Under the pieces are notes generated by a model that was not told the DNA's origin, ran no database searches, and saw only the letters and a program-made list of their open reading frames with translations. From positions 186,001 to 250,000 of the forward strand of contig RHPI01001737.1 in assembly GCA_009103225.1 (NCBI GenBank): a stretch of DNA of 64,000 bases. Reading direction: 5' to 3'. Source of the DNA: Chlorokybus atmophyticus. Its lineage: Eukaryota; Plantae; Mesostigma and Chlorokybus algae. Shown in pieces: positions 47,802-59,860 of this stretch (positions within the stretch are counted from its first letter, which is position 1; each line of letters starts with the position of its first letter). The position numbers were made by a program, and so were the translations under genes.

Positions 47802-49296
47802 GGGGGGGGGCTCCTGAGATCCCCAGGTGGTTGATAACATGCACTACCCGGTAGCACTTAGCAAGTGCATGTCATTTTGAATGAAGAATTGAAGAATATG
47901 TGTGCATGCCATCTTATATGAGACTTAATACCACTATGATGGATACTACTGCTGTGCCTCATATTAAATTGCAATGCTAAACAGACACTATTAACGTGTC
48001 GCGAATAATGCAATCGTAACGTCAATTGGACTATCGTCATCATGTTATCATCAATTGTTGCAAAGTGTGCTAACTGTAATCAATTTACGATGTTATCTGT
48101 ATTGATTAAGCTTTAAGTGCTTGTTTATAGATATGAGCCACATAATAGCATGAGACCCATTATAATGGATTTTACTATAAACATAACAAGCTTGCAAAAA
48201 GGTTGAAAACTTTTTGAATTCACAATATATTGGGTCTCAATGCTTCGTATCTAAATGTGATAATGCACCCTACTGTTACAAGCTGCGTTGAGTTGGTAGT
48301 TCAACACGCCCGCGCACAATTTCTATATGTAAAACATTCAATCAAAAAATATATGTATTATGAAGCTCGCCTTTACTTGTAATGGTTAGCTTGCAAAAAA
48401 TATTTTATGCCATTTGCATATTGTGAGGTTTGCACTTACCAATGAAATCAGCAATTGTACAAGATGCAGTTTCATAGCACCATATATCAAGTTTTAAAGG
48501 CGTAGTCTTCAATCGATTTTATACGATATAAAATTCGCATTATAAACTTATTATAACCGTAAAGGCTATATTGATGCTCTATATTCCCATATCTCAGATG
48601 TGTGATTCGCTTGTTACACGAGCACAGGATCAAAAAAACGTATAATGCAATTATGTACGTACATAAAGGTCGAAAGCTTTTAGAATTCATAATATATTGG
48701 GTCTCAATGCTCCGAATCTAGACGTGATATTGCACCCTACTATTACAAGCTGCGTTGGTAAATCAACACGCCCGCGCACAATCTCTATATGTAAAACATT
48801 CAATCTAAAAACATATGTATTATGAAGCTCGCCTGTAACGGGAGCAATAATAATAAGGGGTATTATTGCTACCTAAATAACACATTTTGTATTAATAAGT
48901 ATCTAAATATGCTTATTTATACCTCCTTTCTACGGTTCCACGCTTATTACAGGCTATGATGCTTTATCATAGCTTAAATAAGTCCCAATGGGTGTAAAAC
49001 CGCTTATTCAAGCCTAATTAGTGTCACATTTGATACAATGTGGTCACTATCTGGTTGGGTACCTTACAATAGGTATCTTTCGATACGTACCTTATCGATA
49101 GGTACCTTATCTGAGTTGTAATTGGCTCACGCTAGATTTCCTAACTACCCTATCCATAGAGTCGATGTCTAGTTGTGAGTTAATTATCGAGAGGTATATA
49201 GTTGATATACAAGGTCACAATAAACTGATGACTCCTGATATACAAGGTCACAATAAACTGATATGAGGGGTTTCTTAATTCTCTGTTCAGTGGCGA

Positions 49297-52200
49297 CAGA
49301 CCCTGCCCAGGTTGCTTGCAACCAGCTACACAACCTGCGTCAGAACGGGCGTCCGGTTCAGCAGTATATCCAGGACTAGTCTTTTGTCAGCAAGATCAAT
49401 GCTGGCAAACTACCCATCGGTGATGCTGATCAGCTGGATACGTTCTGGCGTGGCTTGGACACAGATCTCGTGCAGCATGTGGCCGTCAACCCCGCGAGTT
49501 TGCAAGAGTGGGCTTCGACGGATTTACCAATGCTAATGCAGATGGTTGCTGCTGTGGACAGTGTGAAGCGCTCTCACGTAAACATACAAACCACAGCAAA
49601 AGAGGCAGCCCCGGCTTCAGCTGCAAAGCGCCCGGCCACTGACAACAAACCCTTTGTGAAAAGGGCAAAAACATCTCAGCCTGCTGGCCCCTACAACGCG
49701 GCCAAATTTACCATCACTTGCAACTTCTGCAAGAAGACAGGTCATGGGGAGGCCAAGTGCTATGCAAAGCAGAATGCACAAGAGGCCAAGCAGCAGAAGG
49801 ACAAGAAATAGGACAAGAAATAGGATTTGTCCGTGGTTGGTAGCTTAGTCGAGCAGAACGACTTTAAAAACTCTGTATATCTTAATAAAGTTTCCTCTCT
49901 TTGTGATGTATTAAATGTATGGACTGATATGAGCACACCACCTGTGTTGACAAATGCAAACGGTTGTGTTTTAATCAATGTTCCATTCTCTGAATTGGTA
50001 ACTGCTGTTAAGCACTTACACAAGTTGCAATTAATACATGCTGTCACTGCATGCGTAGTTATCCCTCGATATCATGGCCCGTGGTCGCGAGTGCTGAAAG
50101 GGGGAGAAGTAATTATGCAACTCTCATGTAAAGATACAGGAACTTCACCGTTGCAAGTGATCTTTTAGGCCTGCTACCAATCACGGCACTCCGACATTAG
50201 CTACATTTGATGGTCACTCAGTGCCACTCCAATGAAGATTTGAGTCAACTTATGGGCACACCATGTACAGCATTGATTGATACTGGTGCAAATCATCCCT
50301 TTGTTGAACATGCTTGGGTGAAACGTAACAACATACCTTTCACACCAGTCACGTCGTATGTACGTGCTGCTGGTTCCACCCTCCATGCAATTGGGGAGGT
50401 GAAGGGGCGTTTTGTTATTAACAGCCACAAGACTCGACCAGCTTTCATCGTGGTGGATATAGGTATTCCCGGGGTGGATGTTGTTTTGGGTGACAGTGGC
50501 ACACCGAAGCAGGTTTGCAATTGGACTCTCAAGCAAATACGTGCACCCTTCGTAAGGGTAAACGTAAGGTGACGCTAACCGCACCTATACTCGCACGTGT
50601 TGCTCGCGACAATGTTCCGCTCCTCTCTGCTATGCAACTAAAACGTTGCATGCGCAAACGTGAGGAAGTATACTTGATGCACTTACGACAGGTAGAAACA
50701 CTTGTTGCACAGGCCGTAACTGACCCTGTGGTGCAATCACATATGGAACAATACGCAGATGTATTTCAGGATGAACTCCGGGAATTGCCTCCTGATAGAA
50801 ACATACATCATACCAGTCCGTTGGAAGAGGGGGCAAAGCCACCTTGGCGGCCCATTTATAGGCTAAGTCCCTTAAAACACGCAGAAATGGAAAAACAGCT
50901 CAAAGAGTTATTGGACAAAGGTTTGATAACAAAGAGCATATCTCCTTTTCGTGCACCAATTTTGTTTGTGCCCAAAAAGAATGGCAAGCTACGCATGTGT
51001 ATTGATTATCGTGCGTTGAACAACGTAACTGTGAAAAACAGATACCTTTGCCTCGGATTGATAATTTGTTTGATAAGCTGTCAGGTGCAATAGTGTTCAG
51101 CACACTGGAATTGACCAGTGGGTATCATCAAATCAAAATCCACCCGTCGGATATACAAAAAACTGCATTTCGCACCCCACTAAGACACTTTGAGTATAAA
51201 GTGTTACCATTTGGGTTAACAAATGCACCAGCAACATTTCAGACAGCAATGAACGCGGTATTCGCTGATGAATTGTACAAGTTTGTACTGGTATATCTTG
51301 ACGACATTATTGTGTTCAGCAAAACCCGGGAGTAACACCACAAGCATGTGAAATTGGTTCTAGCTAAGTTACGCGAACACAAATTCTATGCCAACCTGTC
51401 CAGATGCAACTTTGCAAAGGATGAACTGCCCTTTTTAAGGGCATGTAATTGGCAAAGAAGGATTGAAACCAGATCCTCAAAAGGTGTGTGCGGTGAAGGA
51501 TTGGCCACCACCCGAGGATGTACATCAGTTACGTGCTTTCTTGGGGCTAGCCAATTATTTCCGCAAGTTCATGCGAGCATATTTTAGCATGGCAAATCCT
51601 TTAACATCATTACTAAGAAAGGATGTTATATTTGTGTGGACGGAGGCACACGAGGTTGCTTTCACACGCATTAAAGATGCATTAACACAAGCCCCTGTAT
51701 TAGCCTTCCCCGACCACATCAAGCCTTTTGTGGTGATCAGTGATGCTTCCACCATTGGGTGTGGGGCCGTCCTTCTACAGGATGACAGACCATGTGCATA
51801 TGAAAGCAGAAAGTTCATTCCTGCTAATTACACAACCACTGAGCAAGAATTGCTCGGGGTGGTGCACGCGCTGCGCACATGGCGTTGCTACTTGGAAGGT
51901 GTGGAGTTTTCAGTGATTACTGATCACAACCCGCTTACATTCTTTTATACGCAACAAAACCTGTCGAGGCAGCAAGCTACGTGGAATGAATTTCATTTCT
52001 CGCTTCACTTTCACTTGGCAATACCGTCCGGGTCGCACCAATGTGGCGGATCCACTAAGTCGTAGCCCTGCTCTTTTTGCACTTACGCGCTCTCGAAGTA
52101 CGCGTAATGTACAACAGCCTGAAGATCCTTTCCTAAAGGAAGTGTCCACAGGTTATAACTCAGATGATTGGTTTAGCAGTCAAACCAACTTGCAACAGCT

Positions 52201-53513
52201 TATTGCTGTTAGCAATTTGTGGTATAAAGGGGAGCAGTTGGCAATTCCCAACTCGAGCGACTTGCATAAGCAATGCTTACATTCAGTGCATGACCCGCCG
52301 TATGCTGGACATTTGGGGAAACACAAAACACTCAAAGTTGCGCAACAGTTGTACTGGTGGCCGTCAATGTCAGCTGATGTGGATCAATATGTTCGCACAT
52401 GTGACGTGTGTTAACGTAATAAGCCACTACGACAAAAACAAGCGGGATTGCTTAAACCATTGGTAATTTTAGAACAAAAGTGGGATAATGCTAGTATGGA
52501 TTTGATTACTGACACAGCAGCCAAATACAGTGCTATTGTGGTTTTTGTCGACCGTTTGACCAAAATGGAGCATTTTGCCCCGTGTTGCACAACTGTGAGT
52601 GCACGGGACTTGGCACATTTATTTGTGTCCACGCTTATTCGAGTTCATGATGTACCGCGTGAGCTTATCACAGATCGTGATCCTCGGTTTGTCTCCAAGT
52701 TTTGGAGAGAAGTCTGTGAACTGTTGGGGGTAAAACAAAACATGTCAACTGCTTTCCACCCGCAAACGGACGGACAAATTGAGCGAGCAAATCAAATACT
52801 GGAAGAAATGCTTCGCCACTATGTGGCTCCTAACCATGCTGATTGGGACAGGTACTTGCCAATGGCAGAGTTCGCTGTGAACAACGCGTGGCAGGAAAGC
52901 GTGGAAGGAAACCCCATTTTTCTTGAATTATGGGATTCACCCGAACACACCAGCGTCGTTGCGTGTACCTCGCAATGCTTTGACTGTACCAGCGGCAAAA
53001 GAATTTGCCATTGATGTGCAAGAAAATTTGGCTCCAGCCAAGCTATGTCTGTCAGAAGAACAGGACAGGCAAAAAGCTTATGCTGATACACATCGAAGAA
53101 TGGCCACTTTCGATGTCGGCGATAAAGTTTTGCTAAACGCAAAGAACATAACCATCGAAGGTACGGGTGCTCGCAAGTTGCTGCCCCGATGGTTATGTCC
53201 TTTCTCTATGACTAATAGAGTTGGTACGCACGCTTATCGATTGCAATTGCGCCCAAGTGTGCGTATACACAACGTGTTCCATGTGAACTTGAAACCTTAC
53301 CGCTCAGACGGTAGAACACAGCCTCCACCACCGCCAGTTGAGGTGGACAGCGAGCTCGAATACAAGGTGGAAGCTATATTTTACCATAAGCTAAATAGTC
53401 GAGGACGCGCAACCCGCTATTTGGTGAAATGGAATGGGTATGGCCCAGAACATAACAGTTGGGAGCCCGACAGGCATCTTACGCACTGCCGCGAGTTGCT
53501 TCGAGCTTATTGA
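49297..53513 (+). pseudogene. gag-pol: gag (3' part) and pol of Gypsy element 2
   Basis: TDPAQ, CNFCKKTGHGEAKC knuckle, then extra domain, PR, RT, RH, IN and chromodomain. Several stops and frameshifts. Confidence 0.9.
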
Positions 53514-53681
53514 AATTCACGTCCTGTCCCGTAAACTGTGGGCTTGGTTTTATGACAGACTGGCAGTGCAGTTTTATTACCACCCTGTCATTTCCTGCTA
53601 TGTCACTGGTTACAATTACTCGAAATCAAGCCTGATAAACTTGAGTTCAACGAGGACGTTAATAACCTAAGTGGGGGGGAA

Positions 53682-54205
53682 TGTAACGGGAGCATAATAA
53701 TAGGGGTATTATTGCTACCTAAATAACACATTTTGTATTAATAAGTATCCAAATATGCTTATTTATACCTCCTTTTTACGTCCTCGCTTATTACAGGCTA
53801 TGATGCTTTACCATAGCTTAAATAAGTCCCAATGGGTGTAGAACCGCTTATTCAAGCCTATTTAATGTCACATTTGATACAATGTGGTCACTATCTCGTT
53901 AGGTATCTTACGATAGGTATCTTTCGATACGTACCTTATCGATAGGTACCTTATCTGAGCTATGATTGGCTCACCCTAGTTTTCCTAACTACCCTATCTG
54001 TAGGGTCGATGTCTGGTTGTGAGTTAATTATCGAGAGGTATATAGTTAATACAATTTTAATATACAAGGTCACATTAAACTGATGTGAGGGGTTTTTCAG
54101 ATCTCTGCTCAGTGGCGGCCACGCCGTTAAAAAGCTTATCATAGGCGGTGTGGGTGTTGGGGTAAAGGATTGAAGGGGCATCACCGGAGAGGTGGTGCTA
54201 TTACA
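53682..54205 (+). repeat. 3' LTR of Gypsy element 2
   Basis: TGTAACGGGAGC...GCTATTACA; matches 48834 onward and is related to the element 1 LTRs. Confidence 0.92.
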
Positions 54206-55888
54206 TCGCCTTTACTTGTAATGGTTAGCTTGCAAAAAATACTTTGTGCCATTTGCATATTGTGAGGGTTGTAGTTACCAATAAAATTAGCAACTGTACA
54301 AGATGCAATCTCATAGCACCGTTATATCAAGTTTCAAAGGAGTAGTCTTCAATCGATTTCATACGATATAAAATCTGCATTATGAACTTACTATAACCAT
54401 AAAGGCTAAGAATATTTATGCTCTATACTCCCATATCTCATATGTGTGATCCGCTTGTTACACAAGCACAGAAACAAAAACGTATAACGCAATTGTGTAC
54501 GTGCGCGAGTCATGGTGTAAGAAGAATGGGTAGTAGAGTTGTTCATGCATAGCAATGATTACAGCAATCATGAAAATGTCTTACATGAAGTAATCAACAG
54601 CAATACACGCTTGACTCATGGGCTAAGCAGCTACCTCACCTAGCTAAATACTACCCACAACATCTTGGTATGGGTAGTATCATGCAAGCATGCATTGGTT
54701 TGCTCTTTACTGCATGTTTGCTGCTGGTGATAGCTTGTTTGCAATTGCTAGCACACAGTGTGGATGTGCATATGCGCATGATGTGAAAATTGACGTATAC
54801 CTTATGCAATTGCATGCGTAATCACCTGCTGATAAAGGTTGCTGTCGGGTCGGGTTTTATTGTTATTAAGCACAAACACTTTCATATTTTGGAGGAATGC
54901 ATCGTGCGCAAACGCAAGCATTACATCATAGATTAATTAAGCAAACCAATCATTAAGCGATGACTTTAACTTCTCCTTGAAAATGAAGTGTTGTTTACGA
55001 CGTTACAATATCACTGTATTTATTCGTTCAATCCAGATTGTAATATAGGCTTAAGGACGTCGCAACCTCTACCTCACGCCAATCAATGTCAACCCATAAT
55101 CGATATTTTTGAATTTGCTACGATGGAGTGACTTAAGATCCACTTGATAAGGCGAAGGACACAATATGATTAACAACATTTTACATCACACAATTGTTGG
55201 GCAAAAAGCGAAGATGACTATGAAAGGTACTTATACAAAACGAGTTGATGTTATGTTGTACTCAAGTGTCTATCAAAACCCATTGTCATTATCCCCGTAA
55301 CAAGTTAAATCAGCATGACTAATGCGTGAGCCATTAATGCGAGCCTTTAATAAGCACAATATGCCATATATGCTACGCTTTGTTGAAGACTTCGCAATGA
55401 CAAAAGCACCTGCAAAGGCATCACAGACTTTCACCTCCATCAAGTAGCAGTAGTTCAAACGCACACATATAAATATGTATATAGAATGTTACCAAGTAGT
55501 TCATACCCCCTCGCATGTCCCACATTCACTTGAGTGACTCGAAGACCACAACTTGAGTCGCATACCTCATGCACAGCTAGCGAGATGAAGCCCCTCTGGA
55601 ACAGCGATCAACAAGCATAAGCATCTGCACCAGGTACACGCACAATGTGCTACTAAAGTAAGCCACTTCAGGGTATAAACAAGCGCAACCGAGTTGATTG
55701 CCATGAGTCTACCTATCCTAGTCAGGAGGCTACCTATTTTCTAACGTCTGAGCAGCTGAACGCAATCAGCTGGTGCCTCTGCCCTCCAAGCCTTGCATAA
55801 GTTACCACAACGGGACGCACTGCGCTTTGAAGGCTGCGAGCGAAACTCAAAAAAACGATGCTAACAAACTAGACAAGAATTTCAACAG

Positions 55889-58800
55889 CTACAACATCTC
55901 CTGAGCCAGCTGACGCTCCGCCTCAAACCCAAGCTTTGCGGCGATGTCATACGCCTTACGAGCTGCCACGTTGCACCCAGAGACATCCTCAAGGCACATG
56001 GCAACATCTGCTTTGCACAGATAATAGGTACACCGAACTTGTGCACTGACAGCGTGCAGGCGGTCCTTGACTTGCGCAAGGCACGCTTCTGCAGCGTCCT
56101 TGGCACTCTGGCCTCGAGCACGCACCACAAACGCTGCAAGCTGTGCAAGACATCGGCAGATGTCGTTTGTACATGGCGCAAACCCCGCAGTCCCAGGCAT
56201 GGCGTACAACTCGATGGCGTCGCGGAAATTCCTCTCCGTGTCCAAGATGTTGCCTTCGTCAAGGCGGATGCCCATTCGGAGCTCTCTCATCGTGTTGCAC
56301 GCAATAGCACAATGGATGAACGCCCGCACGCTCGGCCACTGAACGAAACTGTACAAAGCCTGGACCTGCTGCAGATACCATCGGGCACGCTCGTAGCTCT
56401 TCTGGCGGCAAAGGAGTGCGGCCATCAGGCAGAAGCCTTCAGCCAAGAAATGATGTTTCTGTTCGGAGCGCGCGTGAAGGGCAAGCCCGTGCTGTAGAAC
56501 CTGTTAATGAATCGGTGAGTATTAGCAAGGAGCGTGTGACGCAACTGAGCCAGAATCTCTAGTAGTAGGCTTTCAGCTATAGTGTTTGCTTGCACGTTGT
56601 AAGCGTTCGACACCAACCTAATAGAGCGTACCTGCTTGGCTTTATCAAGCCGGCCAGCATTGCAGAGGAACCGACACTCTTCAAACTTCAAGACAATCAA
56701 CCCGTTCCAATTGCGTTCAGCAACCCACTGGCGGCGCCGCAATGCAGTGACCGCAGCCCATTCCTCCTCCGCAAGACCGCTATCTGCCAGTTCTGCTAGC
56801 CAAAGTCTTGCGCTGTGGCCGCCAGGAGTCGCAAAGACGTTTCCTTCTACTGCACGTGCACCGCAAAGACCTTTTACCGCTGTTAATATACCCAATTCTT
56901 TCCACAGGAACACATCCCGCACAGCATGTCACATACCTGCAAAGTTTTCTGGGCCAGGTCTACGCACAGCAGGCCGAAAGAGCGTAGCAGCCGCGTTATT
57001 TGTAGCGCGACCAGCAACATCCGACAATTCCGACTCGTTCATGTTGCCAGAGGGTAGTGCCTGCTGCAAGAGTGTGAAGACAACACGTCCCCAGTGCTCA
57101 CGCTCGTTGACATCGCTTCCTGGAACATCTTCAGGGGGAAGCAGCAGACCATCCGTATCTTCTCCAAGCGACATCAAGTCAACTCCCTCAGTGCCAGGAA
57201 GTACATGAGCTGCCAACCACATGCAAGCCTTGTAAGTAGTAGTGACAACAAGGGACATGCAATCAGGTTCGCTTTTCACAGCCCCGAAGCTGCTGCAGGG
57301 TACCTGAAAGCAACCTGAGGTCCATCTCTCTCTGTGCAGCAATGGCTCTACTACTTGCTGCAGCAGACTGTGCGGCAGCCAAACGTTCTTCCAAGGCCTG
57401 CAAACATCATAACTACTGAATGATGGCTGATAGCAAGCACAAGCCATAACGACAGCAAGCACCACAACAACTACCTTTGCATGCTCCACAGCAGCCAAAT
57501 GCAAGCGCAATTCGCCACCGTCACTGGCTGAGCTAACACCTAACAGGCCATTGCTTGGGTCGGGCTGGCTTCTAAGGGCCAAATTCCAGGCGTTGTTGTC
57601 TGTTGGCTGATGCGTTGGTGCCCACATTGTGATAGGCCCTGCTGGCAATACAGTACAGAGTGTCACGACAAACGACATGTGCTTAAGAGCAAGCATCCCC
57701 CACGTCATAACAAAGTGTGCGTACCAGCACTTCCATGGCCATTGACGGTTTGAGAGGCAGCAGCTTCATGCATCCCCGTGGCAGAGGCAGTGCTGGGCTC
57801 CACAGTTATGACAGGCATGGTATCACCCTGGAGACATGCTGCCCTCTCCTTGGTGACCTGGGCGTCCTGTTGTTAAACAAGCCAACTAAGAAACACGTTG
57901 CTGGATAGGTGTAAGATGTATGGGAAAAAGCTTCAAGTGATGAGGCTGCCAACCTCATGACTGGTTGGGGCCGGAAGGCCTAGACCGAGACCGCGCAACT
58001 TCGCCCATGCCTCGCTACCAGGTACTGCGGCATCAGCAGGACTGTTGCCATTAACGAGTGCCGCCAGTTGAGGCCATGGACCGCTGCTGCCCCAGAGCAT
58101 GTTGTTGGAGCCCATGTGCGCGGCAGCCTCTTGCTGTGGGGAGAATGACGGAAATGCTGAGCCTGCAAGAAAGTAACCAAGTTGAGAATGATGACGACGA
58201 CAACGAAGAAGGAGGAGGGGNNNNNNNNNNNNNNNNNNNNNNNNNNNNNNNNNNNNNNNNNNNNNNNNNNNNNNNNNNNNNNNNNNNNNNNNNNNNNNNN
58301 NNNNNNNNNNNNNNNNNNNNNNNNNNNNNNNNNNNNNNNNNNNNNNNNNNNNNNNNNNNNNNNNNNNNNNNNNNNNNNNNNNNNNNNNNNNNNNNNNNNN
58401 NNNNNNNNNNNNNNNNNNNNNNNNNNNNNNNNNNNNNNNNNNNNNNNNNNNNNNNNNNNNNNNNNNNNNNNNNNNNNNNNNNNNNNNNNNNNNNNNNNNN
58501 NNNNNNNNNNNNNNNNNNNNNNNNNNNNNNNNNNNNNNNNNNNNNNNNNNNNNNNNNNNNNNNNNNNNNNNNNNNNNNNNNNNNNNNNNNNNNNNNNNNN
58601 NNNNNNNNNNNNNNNNNNNNNNNNNNNNNNNNNNNNNNNNNNNNNNNNNNNNNNNNNNNNNNNNNNNNNNNNNNNNNNNNNNNNNNNNNNNNNNNNNNNN
58701 NNNNNNNNNNNNNNNNNNNNNNNNNNNNNNNNNNNNNNNNNNNNNNNNNNNNNNNNNNNNNNNNNNNNGGGACACAATCGGTGTGTGCATGCACCTGAAA

Positions 58801-59860
58801 ATTGCGTTCCTGTTTCAAGTGCTGCATCGGGAGCCGCATGGGCGAGGCCCAGCTTTAAGGGTTGCTCTACCGCAGCGGCATCTGCATGTGCTGCAACTGC
58901 AAGTGGAAGACGCTTAAGGGGCCGCATTGTGAAGCGCTAACATTTGCAACAGGTACGCCAACACTCCATCCCTCTTGTAGTGGCAGTGCATGTGAGCATG
59001 TGGAAGGGAGTGTCAGCCCCATAGTTACGCACCATGCGCTGGCATGGAAGACCAAGCCGCGGGTTCCATCACTGGAACAGGATGCTGGTGTTGGGAAGAT
59101 GAGGGCTTGTTTTCGGAAGCTGGAACTCCTGAGCGAGTCACATCCTGAAAGGGTGTCGACCTACAGTGGGGTTGTTGCACGGCACAGTTAGGGACAACAG
59201 CAAGACTGAGCACTCTGCCAAGTGCATACCAAGATTATACAAGCACGAAGGACCACCTGCGCATACGGCCAGCACACTGTCTCTGAAACTTCACATGCCG
59301 CCATATCTTGGCTGGGTCGTGCGACCTATATCCACACAACCGGCAATGGTAGAAGGTGGAACGGAAAGTGCCTGAGCAGTCACAACAGGTTAGACCTTGC
59401 CTGCAGCCACATCAGCTATGCAAGCATGTGATGTCACGTTTGCCAGCAATCTATGTATACCTTTTGATCTCAAGCCATGCTTATGGGGTTCACCAACAGT
59501 GCAGCGACCACTAGAGTCGCCTGAATCATCACGGCGTGTGTAGCATGTGAACACAAGGGGATGCTCTCGGGCATCCTTTGCCGAGGAGTACTCCCGTACG
59601 CCGGACCCGTTTGCTAGCTTGAGTGCTGGGGCAGAGGCACCAGGGTCAGACGGCACCTCCTCCTCCTTCGTGTCAAGATCTGATCTTGAACAGCTCTCAG
59701 AGCTTGGGCCAAGATCTGTAATCTGCTATGCACAACAGAGAAATCCCGAGTCAGCTGCAGCGCCTTGCCAAGATGAACACATGCTCATGCACAGGATGCC
59801 TCAGTGTACCTGAGTGTGAACTTCCTGCGGAACGGTTTCGGTTGCCGAGGAGTACTCTCT
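55889..59860 (-). CDS. Multi-exon protein of unknown function with a C2H2-like finger and a C-terminal TPR-like helical region (5' end uncertain; spans a gap)
   Basis: In-frame GT-AG splicing: ...HAK|ALEERLAAAQ...RLLS|AHVLPG...ENFA|AVKGLCG...RLDKAKQ|VLQHGLAL...ERARWYLQQVQALY...AARKAYDIAAKLGFEAERQLAQEML* (stop 55889-55891). An upstream segment reads YHCRLCGYRSHDPAKIWRHVK. Linkage across the gap is inferred. Confidence 0.55.
58221..58768. other. Assembly gap (N run)
   Basis: N run flanked by G runs. Confidence 0.99.

Larger units (their letters stand above)
48834..54205 (+). mobile_element. Ty3/Gypsy chromovirus-type LTR retrotransposon 2, decayed, with an internal 5' deletion
   Basis: TSD TCGCC at 48829-48833 and 54206-54210. 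3' LTR at 53682-54205. The 5' LTR (from 48834) is truncated at ~49296 and fused to mid-gag. PPT at 53669-53681. PR LIDTGANHPF, RT YLDDII, RH, IN, and chromodomain YKVEAI...YLVKWNGYGPEHNSWEP. Confidence 0.95.
48198..54502. repeat. AT-rich ~467-bp tandem duplication; the second copy (48665-48833 plus 54211-~54502) is split by Gypsy element 2
   Basis: Both copies contain GAATTCA(C/T)AATATATTGGGTCTCAATGC...TATGAAGCTCGCC|TTTACTTGTAATGGTTAGC...TGTACGT. Confidence 0.85.

Noticed and set aside
59520-59570. TIR/SEFIR-like start motif (LVFTCYTRRD)
   Set aside because: Only a short resemblance to VFISYSRRD; the following sequence lacks the TIR helix/strand pattern.
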